Translations under genes and position numbers: made by a program
The notes under the pieces: model-generated
What the model was told of the DNA's origin: nothing
What the model saw: the letters and a program-made list of their open reading frames with translations, nothing else
Database searches by the model: none
Shown: positions 1 through 13,400 of the stretch, piece after piece
How positions within the stretch are numbered: the stretch's first letter is position 1
Layout of the letters: each line of letters opens with the position of its first letter
Assembly (NCBI GenBank): GCA_950097015.1
Contig: CATNEN010000024.1
Span: forward strand, 6,448,001 to 6,512,000
From: Macrostomum hystrix
Taxonomy: Eukaryota > Animalia > Platyhelminthes
DNA: 64,000 bases
Direction: 5' to 3'

Positions 1-2989
1 CTGCCACGCCAGACTGAACCGAGCCGTCAGGGCTCTGGAGCCCAGCAAGGTCCTAGTTGAAGACAAGCAGCGCCTGCGCGTTAATCTATTGGGCGCGCGA
101 GAAATTCTTGGCGGCATTGCGCCTGGCGACGAGGACGAATCGGCGGTTGCTAAGCAACAGGATCTGGTGGATCTGGGCCGCCTGCTGCTGGCACTGGCGT
201 GCGGCACCCAGTTGGCACTGCAGGATCTGGGCACCGCCATGGAACTCGTTGGCAGGTCCTATTCTAAGGATCTAGTCAGCATTATTCATCAGCTGCTTTA
301 CGGCATCAGCAAGTGAGTATTGGTCCTGTGCAGCTCAAAGACCTGATGTAAATATTTTAAACAAATGTGCAGTTATTTGCCTTGGCAAATGTGTCTTCAT
401 ATAATTGCAACTTTCAAGGCAAGCACCACTAGAAGTAGAAGGAAGGGAAACTTCGTTTCTTAGAAAAATATTTGAAGGCTGGTTTTCGCGAAAAAAATAC
501 ACTACGGAAATTGGAAAATTTCTCTTTTTCATATTTAAATGGTGACAGCTTTTGACTAGGAGCAGGTACAAAGCTGTACTTTTGATTTAACTTGCTTAAC
601 ATATTGCTCTACCTAATGTTATAAAGTTTTCTATATTGTAGTTTGATCTTCATACAATTTTTTTATAAAGATCTGATTCACTGACAATCCTTTAGCTGTT
701 ATTTTTTAGCTATTAAATAGGACTTATTGAGCTTAAGTTAGATTTATGTGCTGTAGCTTTTTTGCTTGCATTATGGATTTTCATTACTTTGCTTATTTCT
801 TAATTTCATGATAATTTAAGTAATTTAGTTTATTTTATTTACTAATAAAATAATTTTTTTATTTATGAATTTACTATAATAAATTTATTAACGAATAAAT
901 CCCTGAGAAGGGACTAATGACTTTCAAAAAATGGTCAAACAAGTTTTTGAGGAAGGCGGTAGACTCCTGAAGTTTCTGAGAAACGCGGATGACTCCTGAA
1001 GTTTCTGAGAAAAGCGGTAGACTCCTGAAGTTTCTGAGAAAAGCGGTAGACTTCTGAAGTTTCTGAGGAAGGCGGTAGACTCCTGAAGTTTCTGAGAAAA
1101 GTGGTAGACTCCTGAAGTTTCTGAGAAACGCGGTAGACTCTTGAAGTTTCTGAGAAACGCGGATGACTCCTGAAGTTTCTGAGATACGCGGATGACTCCT
1201 GAAGTTTCTGAGAAAAGCGGTAGACTCCTGAAGTTTCTGAGATACGAGGATGACCCCTTAAGTTTCTGAGAAAAGCGGATGACTCCTGAAGTTTCTGAGA
1301 AAAGCGGTAGACTCCTGAAGTTTCTGAGAAAAGTGGTAGACTCCTGAAGTTTCTGAGAAAAGTGGTAGACTCCTGAAGTTTCTGAGGAAGGCGGTAGACT
1401 CCTGAAGTTTCTGAGAAAAGTGGTAGACTCCTGAAGTTTCTGAGAAACGCGGTAGACTCTTGAAGTTTCTGAGAAACGCGGATGACTCCTGAAGCTTCTG
1501 AGATACGCGGATGACTCCTGAAGTTTCTGAGAAACGCGGTAGACTCCTGAAGTTTCTAAGAAAAGTGGTAGACTCCTGAAGTTTCTGAGGAAGGCGGTAG
1601 ACTCCTGAAGTTTCTGAGAAACGCGGTAGACTCCTGATGCCTAAATTCACCCAACCGCAGGTCCATCTATGATGTAATGCCCGCCATCGGTGCCAGGTTT
1701 TTCGATCACCTGTGCGAGTCGCAGCTTAGAGTGGATTTTCTAGAGCTGCAACTAACCCGACAGTTGGAGAACGGTCGCCTACTACGCTTGATCTCAAAGC
1801 TGAGCACAGTTTGCGAACGGGAGATGCCATCAGATCCGGCCTGGACAGACTCAAACGATAGGCACATGCTTAGACTGTTCAGGGACTTTGTATTCCACCA
1901 GACAGACAGCACTGGCGGCTTCCCGTGGATTGACTTGGCACACATTGTCAGCTGCCTGCAGAAGGTACTCCACTCCTAGTCTTACTCCAGAACTCATTCA
2001 GACACCTACTGTACTAAAGACAGTCACGCACCATCCACCATCACAAAAGTTCACACTCTTCCTCAGATTCACTCACCATCCCTCAGATTCACTCACCATC
2101 CCTCAGATTCACTCACCATCCCTCAGATTCACTCACCATCCCTCAGATTCACTCACCATCCCTCAGATTCACTCACCATCCCTCAGATTCACTCACCATC
2201 CCTCAGATTCACTCACCATCCCTCAGATTCACTTACCATCCCTCAGATTCACACTCACCATCCCTCAGATTCACTCACCATCCCTCAGATTCACTCACCA
2301 TCCCTCAGATTCACTCACCATCCCTCAGATTCACTCACCATCCCTCAGATTCACTTACCATCCCTCAGATTCACACTCACCATCCCTCAGATTCACTCAC
2401 CATCCCTCAGATTCACTCACCATCCCTCAGATTCACTCACCATCCCTCAGATTCACTCACCATCCCTCAGATTCACACTCACCATCCCTCAGATTCACAC
2501 TCACCATCCCTCAGATTCACACTCACCATCCCTCAGATTCACTCACCATCCCTCAGATTCACTCACCATCCCTCAGATTCACTCACCATCCCTCAGATTC
2601 ACTCACCATCCCTCAGATTCACACTCACCATCCCTCAGATTCACTCACCATCCCTCAGATTCACTCACCATCCCTCAGATTCACTCACCATCCCTCAGAT
2701 TAAAATACCACTGCCCAGATTCACTTACCTTAACGTCGACTCGCTCCACCCGCAGCTGGACATGGGGTCTCAGCAGAGGCTCTGCCTAGTCTCCAGGGAC
2801 TCCCAGCAGGTGATGCTAGTCACCTATGCCGAGGTGAAGCAGTGGCTTGACTCATGCTACGCCCAGCTCAACCGGCTGATGGAATCGGGCATGCGCCAGC
2901 AGTCGGAGTTCTACTCTGGCACGCAGCCGCTGGCCGAGATTCCGCCCGCCGCCTGGTCGGACGGTTTGCCGCCGTCGGCTACGATGTGA
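1..2989 (+). CDS. PAN3: PAN2-PAN3 deadenylase subunit PAN3, 3' part (5' end outside window); exons <1-312, 1661-1964, 2756-2989
   Basis: The spliced translation gives pseudokinase and knob motifs: LEPSKVLVEDKQRLRVNLLG, QQDLVDLGRLLLALAC, SIYDVMPAIGARFF, ENGRLLRLISKL, DRHMLRLFRDFVFHQ, PWIDLAHIVSCLQKLDMG, LVSRDSQQVMLVTYAEVK. GT-AG junctions (aa|gtgagt, cgcag|g, aag|gtactc, cgcag|ctg) are phase-consistent. Confidence 0.93.
955..1637. repeat. 29-bp minisatellite, PAN3 intron
   Basis: Unit gtagactcctgaagtttctgagaaaagcg, about 23 copies. Confidence 0.95.
2058..2702. repeat. 20-bp minisatellite, PAN3 intron
   Basis: Unit ctcagattcactcaccatcc, with 22-bp variants. Confidence 0.95.
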
Positions 2990-3419
2990 GGAGGTGTTCG
3001 TCTAGAGCACCTGTTTGTTCAACTAGGGAGAGAGATTCGGGCTTGTTTATTATTATTAATTTAATGCTTTGGCGCCACATTTGTACTGTGCTTTTACAAC
3101 TAAGGGAGCTCTTAGATGATGACGCTGTTTCCTTTTCCATAGACTGGTCACTAATTGTAAAAATTTCTAGCTTTCTTACTCTTAATTGCTGAGGACAATG
3201 GGACCAGTAATTCTTATACTGGAGTTCTTGAAACAATTGAGTTCGCAATTAGCTGCGAATCTTTAATCCATCTCTGGAATGTCAGAATAGCTACCCCGTA
3301 TACCCTAGCCCTATCACTAATCCTATGAAAGTAATCTCTAATCCCATAAAGAGAGTCCCTGATCCTATAATGATCCTAATCTCTGAGCCATGTAGGATCC
3401 CTAACACCATTGGGTATCA

Positions 3420-3625
3420 TAAAGGGAATCCCTAATGCCATTTAGGGAATCCCTAATACTATTGAGGTAATCCCTAATGCCATTGAGGGAATCCCTAATA
3501 CGATTGAGGTAATCCCTAATACCATTGAGGGAATCCCTAATACCATTGAGGGAATCCCTAATACCACTGGGGGAATCCCTAATACCACTGGGGGAATCCC
3601 TAATACCATTAAAAGAATCCCTAGT
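3420..3625. repeat. 21-bp tandem repeat
   Basis: Unit gggaatccctaataccattga. Confidence 0.9.
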
Positions 3626-4877
3626 CTCATGGATATCCCTAATCTGTTTATGGTAACTCCTAATCTCAAATTAATCTCGAAGTCTGTGTAGAAAATCGGC
3701 AGTCCCATGTTAGAAACGAATGGTTTATCAAATACCGTAACATATAAACAGGAAAATCCCACCAAGAAATGTTTGAAAGTCCAATCAAGGAATTCAGAAA
3801 TTGTTGGTAGAGAGAATCACCGAATTATTTCGAAAGGGGTTGAGAATCTGTCTAAAAGAAATCTAGGCGTGCATTTCGTGTCGTGACCATTAAATCATAT
3901 CATTATTTTTTGTAAACAACAGGAATACGAGTATGCTGTCATCTGTTTGCTTTGGTGTGAGTAGCGTTTGAGAAGCGTTTACAATGGCTGTATAATGTAT
4001 GCTTATTGTCGCTTAATACAGCATAGAGAGACAGCTGTTTTGTTCATAGCTAATTATACGAGTAGTTTAACTATTTTGTCGCGAAAACTATTGATCTGTA
4101 ACATTGAACAGGTGTCTGTCCTCTCACTCCATCCTATTTAATAGTACTCATTTTGAGGCTTGATTGCGGCATTTTTTGTTAATTTGATATCTATATATTA
4201 ATTTTCTTCTTTCCGGATTGGATTCCGCGGATGCCGGGGCTTCACCAGCCCACCGCCTCAGCTCTGCTCTGCTGTTTCATTCGCGCTTCTGCTTGCACGA
4301 ATTTCCCCTAGGATTAGGATTAGGGTTAGGATTTCAGATTACGGAACGGGGATAATTGAGTTTTCTTAGGATTTCTAATTTGTAATTGGGATTTCAAGAC
4401 TTAACAATTTTAGGATTCTCATATCCCTACTGTAGGATTTGGGAATGCTTCTACAAGGAATCAGAAATCAAGGTGTGTAAGTCATTTTTCATTCAAATTC
4501 ATTCTCACATCTTCCATGCCTTTGCTTGTTGGTTAACATTTGACTATGCATGTTTGCTCGCGTGGTCTCTCGCTAGACTCCTCAGCCCTTCCCTACTTCC
4601 TACTTAACTAATGCATTAGGCGAGCCAGCACAAAAACGGCTAGCATTTTTGCGAACTCCCCTACCTACGCCTTACTTTATTGTTATTGAGTTTCAAAGTG
4701 AAATAAAAAAGTAATAAATATATATATAATTCGGCCTTACAATAAAAGTGCTGAAACTATAAAAACTATTATAAGACTTGAAAATTTACAAGCAGTGCTC
4801 AACGCTGCTCTGTCTCGGTGTCTGCGTTTCTTTCGGGCTAATACGTTGCTTAATAGTAAATAAGCACAGCATAACAC

Positions 4878-6770
4878 CTGTGCCAGTCTAATGATTGCAT
4901 AACACCCGTGACTAACAGTGCCAGTCAAATGATTGCATAACACCCGTGACTAACAGTGCCAGTCCAGTGATTGCATAACACCTGTGACTAACAGTGCCAG
5001 TCCAATGATTGCATAACAGGTGACTAACAGTGCCAGTCCAATGATTGCATAACAGGTGACTAACAGTGCCAGTCTAATGATTGCATAACACCCGTGACTA
5101 ACAGTGCCAGTCAAATGATTGCATAACACCCGTGACTAACAGTGCCAGTCAAATGATTGCATAACACCCGTGACTAACAGTGCCAGTCAAATGATTGCAT
5201 AACACCTGTGACTAACAGTGCCAGTCAAATGATTGCATAACACCCGTGACTAACAGTGCCAGTCCAGTGATTGCATAACACCTGTGACTAACAGTGCCAG
5301 TCAAATGATTGCATAACACCCGTGACTAACAGTGCCAGTCAAATGATTGCATAACACCCGTGACTAACAGTGCCAGTCCAGTGATTGCATAACACCTGTG
5401 ACTAACAGTGCCAGTCCAATGATTGCATAACAGGTGACTAACAGTGCCAGTCCAATGATTGCATAACAGGTGACTAACAGTGCCAGTCTAATGATTGCAT
5501 AACACCCGTGACTAACAGTGCCAGTCAAATGATTGCATAACACCCGTGACTAACAGTGCCAGTCAAATGATTGCATAACACCCGTGACTAACAGTGCCAG
5601 TCAAATGATTGCATAACACCTGTGACTAACAGTGCCAGTCAAATGATTGCATAACACCCGTGACTAACAGTGCCAGTCCAGTGATTGCATAACACCTGTG
5701 ACTAACAGTGCCAGTCAAATGATTGCATAACACCCGTGACTAACAGTGCCAGTCAAATGATTGCATAACACCCGTGGCTAACAGTGCCAGTCAAATGATT
5801 GCATAACACCCGTGACTAACAGTGCCAGTCCAATGATTGCATAACAGGTGACTAACAGTGCCAGTCCAATGATTGCATAACAGGTGACTAACAGTGCCAG
5901 TCCAATGATTGCATAACAGGTGACTAACAGTGCCAGTCTAATGATTGCATAACACCCGTGACTAACAGTGCCAGTCAAATGATTGCATAACACCTGTGAC
6001 TAACAGTGCCAGTCAAATGATTGCATAACACCCGTGACTAACAGTGCCAGTCCAGTGATTGCATAACACCTGTGACTAACAGTGCCAGTCCAATGATTGC
6101 ATAACAGGTGACTAACAGTGCCAGTCCAATGATTGCATAACAGGTGACTAACAGTGCCAGTCTAATGATTGCATAACACCCGTGACTAACAGTGCCAGTC
6201 AAATGATTGCATAACACCCGTGACTAACAGTGCCAGTCAAATGATTGCATAACACCCGTGACTAACAGTGCCAGTCCAGTGATTGCATAACACCTGTGAC
6301 TAACAGTGCCAGTCCAATGATTGCATAACAGGTGACTAACAGTGCCAGTCCAATGATTGCATAACAGGTGACTAACAGTGCCAGTCCAATGATTGCATAA
6401 CAGGTGACTAACAGTGCCAGTCTAATGATTGCATAACACCCGTGACTAACAGTGCCAGTCCAATGATTGCATAACACCCATGACTAACAGTGCCAGTCAA
6501 ATGATTGCATAACACCCATGACTAACAGTGCCAGTCAAATGATTGCATAACACCCATGACTAACAGTGCCAGTCCAATGATTGCATAACAGGTGACTAAC
6601 AGTGCCAGTCCAATGATTGCATAACACCCGTGACTAACAGTGCCAGTCCAATGATTGCATACCAGGTGACTAACAGTGCCAGTCCAATGATTGCATACCA
6701 GGTGACTAACAGTGCCAGTCCAATGATTGCATACCAGGTGACTAACAGTGCCAGTCCAGTGATTATACAA
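4878..6770. repeat. 38/36-bp intergenic minisatellite, about 50 copies
   Basis: Unit gtgactaacagtgccagtcaaatgattgcataacaccc; the short variant ends ataacag. Confidence 0.97.
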
Positions 6771-7490
6771 GACATGTGATTGTGAGAACAAAAAGTGTAG
6801 AAATATGAAACAAATTAAAGGTTTTTATGCTGGAAGCTAAACATTAATGAGTTAAGAAATTTATCGGTTGAAAACTTTATATTTTAGAGAACCTTTAAAC
6901 GTACAAATAGCTACTTATAGTGGTATTTATAAAAGCTGACTTAACTAAACCTTTGTTGTAAAAACGAGTGAATACAGCTAATAAAAGTACAAAAGTCTAG
7001 CCAGGAATGTGTTAAGCTTAGATACAACAACATGAGACGTAACTTAAGGTCTGATTAACTGCGAAATATGTGATGTAAAAAATTTACTGTAATGTATATA
7101 AATTTATAGCATGGTCGTTTGGAATGTATCACGTCAGATTTGGGGAATGCCAATTGTTAATCAATATGATGTAGTTTAAAAGGACCCAGCAATATTCGCT
7201 AGCGCCGTTGAAAATGAATTCAATAATAAAAAGCGGCAAATCAGAAGCTTTGCGTGCTACAATGATTTATGAATTACAGTATTAATAAAAAAACTCACAG
7301 CATTCGCCAAACAGCCTACTTTACAACACCAGCAGTAGCTTACTGCAGAAAAAAGTCAAATTTGAGGATATTGTTTTAACATCAATATCCGAACAGTTTT
7401 AAAGCGTTTAAACAATTGATTGTTTAATTAATAAGGAATTTTAAACCCGTTGTCAATTCTTAGTCACTATCGCTTACGCTAGTTCATGCT

Positions 7491-10400
7491 TCAAACATCG
7501 GTTGAGCTGCCGATCACCCCGCCGCCTAAGGAGCCCTGGCTTGGCGGGCGATAATAAGAGCCCGGAGGAGGCGGCGGCGGCTCCTGCTGTTGGGGACGGT
7601 CAGCCGGCTTGGGCGGTTTCGACTTCGGCTTCGGCTTCGGCTTCGGTGGCGGTGGCGGAGGCGCCTGAGGCTGAGACGGCGGCGGCGGAGGCGCGTAGGC
7701 GCTTGAAAAGCCGCGGTCCTCCGGCGCGAAGTCTTCGTCGTCTGTGAGTTAAAAGAGCAAAGTAAATAAACATTTTTATATTTTAAATGTACACGCACAA
7801 TCTTTACTTTAAGTAGAGACGTATGTTGAAGGAAGGTGGACTGAATCTCTAACGAAAGCTTACTGTCACTGTACTATTCTGTACTGTCAATCTCATCACC
7901 CTCACCCTACCTGAATCTCACCCTACCTGAATCTCACCCAACATGAATCTCACCCAACCTGAATCTCACCCAACCTGAATCTCACCAAACCTGAATCTCA
8001 CCCAAACTGAATCTCACCCTACCTGAATCTCACCCAACCTGAATCTCACCCAACCTGAATCTCACCCAACATGAATCTCACCTAACCTGAATCTCACCCA
8101 ACCTGAATCTCACCAAACCTGAATCTCACCCAACCTGAATCTCACCCAACCTGAATCTCACCAAACCTGAATCTCACCCAACCTGAATCTCAGCCATCCT
8201 AAATCTCACCCAACCTGAATCTCACCCAACCTGAATCTCACCCAACATGAATCTCACCCAACCTGAATCTCAGCCATCCTAAATCTCACCCAACCTGAAT
8301 CTCACCCAACCTGAATCTCAGCCATCCTAAATCTCAGCCATCCTAAATCTCAGCCATCCTAAATCTCACCCAACCTGAATCTCACCCATCCTAAATCTCA
8401 CCCATCCTAAATCTCACCCATCCTAAATCTCACCCAACCTGAATCTCACCTATCCTAAATCTAACCCAACCTGAATCTCACCCAACCTGAATCTCACCCA
8501 ACCTGAATCTCACCCAACCTGAATCTCACCCATCCTGAATCTCACCCAACCAAAATCTCACCAAACCTGAATCATCAGTCACATTAAATCTTACTTTCCC
8601 CAAATCCCATCCACATTTATGCTTTATCTACCTAAATCTCACCACCTGAAATTTCAAGCCACATTAAGTGTAGGTGATCTGCAGTCCCAGGGAAATGAGC
8701 GGTCAGTTCTCACCATCCGGCGGGTCCGACACCCGCCTCGGCAGGCTGTCGATGGAGCCCTCGATCGACCGGCGGCCGGGCACTCGGGGCGCCGGCTTCG
8801 GCGGCAGTTGCGGCGCCAGAAACGGACGGGTGGCGGCGGCCCCCGCCGGCGGCTTGCTCACCGGATTGTATTCCTCGTATTCGTCGTTATATCGGCCGGG
8901 CGGAGAGGCCGGCGGTGGAGCGCCGGATAGGGGAGCTGGTGAGGCCATCGCGGCAGACATTGGCTCGGGCTCGTCACCTTGAACGGTAAGAAAATGCTTC
9001 TGTTCAAAACTGGCTAAAGCGCAAAAAACGCGAATTGCTTTAGACGCAACGCCGCTCACCGCTCATGAAAGTGTGCGGCTTATTTTCCATGGGAGCTTCG
9101 GCCGGTTCAAATCCGCCCGCTGGGACGCCGCCCTGGAATCCGGAGGCGTAGGGGCCACCGAAACCGGCTCCAGACTGCGGATCTTCCTCCTGCGGCAGCA
9201 GCTTGCCCCGCTTGGCTGCAAGTTTTTGGGAACCGGCGAGTAGATTGTGGGACAGTTTGGTAGATTGTGGGACAGTTTGGTAGATTGCGGGACAGTTTGG
9301 TAGATTGCGGGACAGTTTGGTAGATTGTGGGACAGTTTGGTAGATTGCGGGACAGTTTGGTAGATTGCGGGACAGTTTGGTAGATTGTGGGACAGTTTGG
9401 TAGATTATGGGACAGTTTGGTAGATTTCGGGACAGTTTAGTAGATTGCGGGACAGTTTGGTAGATTGTGGGACAGTTTGGTAGATTGTGGGACAGTTTGG
9501 TTGATTGTGGGACAGGTGTGTTGCCCACCTTCGAGTCGTCGCTTGCGCACAAAGCACAGGAAGATGATGAAGGCGATGAGAGCGATGAGAATGAGCACCA
9601 TGCAGATGAACCAGGTGGCGCTGGCGCCATACAGGGCGTTCGGGCTGAGTTCGCCGCCGGTTTTCACTCGGACAATGTCGCTGTAGCTTGTCATAGCGGC
9701 GCCGTTGGTGGCCACCACGCGGATGTCGTACCAGGCGTCGTTTTCCATGCCTTCGATTAGGATCCACCTGTTTCGATATTCGCGCTGGGTTTCGAACCAT
9801 TTGCTGCGACCTGCGAATTTTTTTCAAGTTCTCAGGGTCATCAAAATACAAAACATAATTATGAGACTAGCAAATGCACGACATGCTACTATTGAATCAG
9901 AAACTACTGTCAATTACGAGTAATAATACGTGACCTTGAAACACGCTTTAATGCCTTGACTGTCTGACAATACCAGCAATAATAATACGTGACCTTGAAA
10001 CACGCTTTAATGCCTTGACTGTCTGACAATACCAGCAATAATAATACGTGACCTTGAAACACGCTTTAATGCCGTGACTGTCTGACAATACCAGCAATAA
10101 TAATACGTGACCTTGAAACACGCTTTAATGCCTTGACTGTCTGACAATACCAGCAATAATAATACGTGACCTTGAAACACGCTTTAATGCCGTGACTGTC
10201 TGACAATACCAGCAATAATACGTGACCTTGAAACACGCTTTTATGCCGTGACTGTCTGACAATACCAGCAATAATACGTGACCTTGAAACACGCTTTTAT
10301 GCCGTGACTGTCTGACGATACCAGCAGTAATAATACGTGACCTTGAAACACGCTTGTATGGCGCGACTGTCTGACAATACCAGCAACAATAATTCGTGAC

Positions 10401-13400
10401 CTTGAAACACGCTCTTATGGCGCGGCGTGACTGTATGACTTTACGAGTAGTACTAATTCGGGACGTTAAAACGCGTTCATATGGCATGACTGACAATGAA
10501 CAAATTTGAAAAAAAAATTTCATGAAACAAGAGCAGTGGCAAATAAAATATTACGTTTGATCCTAAAATACGTGTAAGTTAGTCTTTTCGGTCTGACTTC
10601 TGTGATTTTAGTGTGACCCGAGTAAGTACTAACCCGGCATGCGGTACTGCACGTAGAACACTGAACCGGACACGCCGGCAGCCGAGGGAGCGAATGTGAT
10701 ATTGAAGGATTGCGGACCAACAGCGGCAACAGAGAAAGTCGGCGGACTGGGGGCCTGATTTGGCGGAGCGGTGCGCACGTCGAGGAAGTTTGGCTCGCCG
10801 TTGCCCTGCGGTTGGTGAGGATGAAGGCTTTAGTAAAATACCTTAGCTACGTAGCTGTAATAATAAAATAATAATTAGTATTATTTAGCTGTTCAGTCCG
10901 TGGACTGGGGAGGCCGCGACGTCCACGCACACCAAAATTTCCACCCCTAGCTAATGCTGACACCCATTTTAAAACTGGCTCAGCTCACCATGGCAGTCCT
11001 GGCATACAAGTACACTCTGTAATTAGTGTCCGGCTTGAGTCCGGTCACAGCGCCGCGGGTCAGGGTCGGATCGGACAGGGCGGGCGCCAGTGTCAGGTAG
11101 CCCAGGCTGAGTCCGTGGATCTCCTGGTAGGCCATCTGGTAGCCAGTTAGGACGCCGTTCGGCTGAGGCGGCGACTGCCAATCGAACTCCAAGTGATTGA
11201 CGCCAGTCACAGACAGGAGTAAGTCGCCAACCTGTACAGGACAAAGTTATCATAGTTAAATCTATCTATCTATTTATATATAAATCACGATCTATTTTAA
11301 TAAAAAACTATCCTAGTCCTAATCAATCAAAATATTTAACGAAATCTTAATCAGTTAAATCCACATCAGTTGAAATCACAATCCGTTTAGATCCCAATCA
11401 TTTGGGATCCCAATCAGTTGAAATCCCTATCAATTGAAATCCTATTCAATTTATATCCCAATCAGTTAAAATCAAATACAGTTGCAATTTTATTTTTTGA
11501 AATCCCGATCTGCTGATTCTGTCGAAATCTTGAATCCAACGAAATCTCGTAACAGTAGACATTGCTATCGCTTAATCAGGATCAATGAATCTAAAGAAAT
11601 AGAAAACCTAAAAATCACAACCAATGAAAATCCCCCCAATCAATAGAAATCCCACTAATCAATAGAAATCCCACGAATTATTAGAAATCCCACGAAACAA
11701 TAGAAATCCCACTAATCAATAAATATCTCACTAATGAATAGAAATCCCACTTATCACTAGAAATCCCACTAATCAATGGAAATCCCACTAATCAATAGAA
11801 ATCCCACTAATCAATAGAAATCCCACGAATCAATAGAAATCCCACTAATCAATAGAAATCCCACTAATCAATAGAAATCCCACTAATCAATAGAAATCCC
11901 ACTAATCAATGGAAATCCCACTAATTATTAGAAATCCCACAAAACAATAGAAATCCCACTAATCAATAAATATCTCACTAATGAATAGAAATCCCACTTA
12001 TCACTAGAAATCCCACTAATCAATAGAAATCCCACTAATCAATAGAAATCCCACTAATCAATAGAAATCCCACTAATCAATGGAAATCCCACTAATTATT
12101 AGAAATCCCACAAAACAATAGAAATCCCACTAATCAATGGAAATCCCACTAATCAATAAATATCTCACTAATGAATAGAAATCCCACTTATCAATAGAAA
12201 TCCCACTTATCACTAGAAATCCCACTAATCAATGGAAATCCCACTAATCAATGGAAATTCCACTAATCAATAGAAATCCCACTAATCAATAGAAATCCCA
12301 CTAATCAATGGAAATCCCACTAATCAATGGAAATCCCACTAATCAATAGAAATCCCACTAATCAATAGAAATCCCACTAATCAATAGAAATCCTACTCGT
12401 ACTAATCAATAGAAATCCTACTAATCAATGGAAATCCCACGAATCAATAGAAATCCCACTAATCAATGGAAATCTCACTAATCAATAGAAATCTCACTAA
12501 TCAATAGAAATCCCACTAATCAATAGAAATCCCACTAATCAATAGAAATCCCACTAATCAATAGAAATCCCACTAATCAATGGAAATCCCACTAATCAAT
12601 GGAAATCCCACTAATCAATAGAAATCCCACTAATCAATAGAAACTCCAATCCATCGAAATAGCAATCCGTAGATCTAAGGCTCGGCAGCAGCTGTAGCAT
12701 CTGCTCACCTGACCAGGTGTGCCATCCTTAGTAGTGAACTCCAGAGTAGAACTAGGCGGTCCAGCGTAGTATTTGTTGAGCACGCGCACCCAGGCTCGAA
12801 TTTTGGCCGCTCCGGGCAGCTGATTCAGTCGGCCATTGTAGTTGAAAGCAGCCACAGGCGCCTGACGCTTAGTCCGGGAATTCAGAGAGCCGACCATTGA
12901 GGGGCCTTCAATTGGTCGAAAAATGAAATCTTGAAAACGCTTCTGCAGCAGACACTCGGCCGAGGTTAAACTGCTCAGGCACCATTCGACTCGGAAGCCG
13001 CGGAAATAGCCTCGGATGCGCGAGTCTGTCATCGGATCCTGCTCCATAGACCAGCTGAGCATGGCGCTGTCCGACTGGATGGCGTCGCCAGCTGCTGAAC
13101 TACTGTTCTTTAAGTCCAGATTGACTGGAACTGCAGTAGGCGCTTCCTCGCCAGAGTAGCCGAATGAGACTGGCCTGGGGGCACTGCTGTCACCCTCGGA
13201 ATTCCTGGCGTAGATGGTCAGCCTGTACTGCTTGAAGATCTCTATTAGATAGCGCTGGTTGGACACGTATAGATCGTTGAATTCCACTTTCTCCTGCCTG
13301 GGATTCACAATCTGGGTCTCATTGCGACTGCCTCTAGGCATTGTTAGGCAGTCCATGCATTCCACGATTAGAATATAGGTCGGCTTCTCTCCATTGTAGT

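Noticed and set aside
4308-4335. taggattaggattagggttagg, telomere-like
   Set aside because: Only 1-2 true TTAGGG units; too short to call an interstitial telomere.
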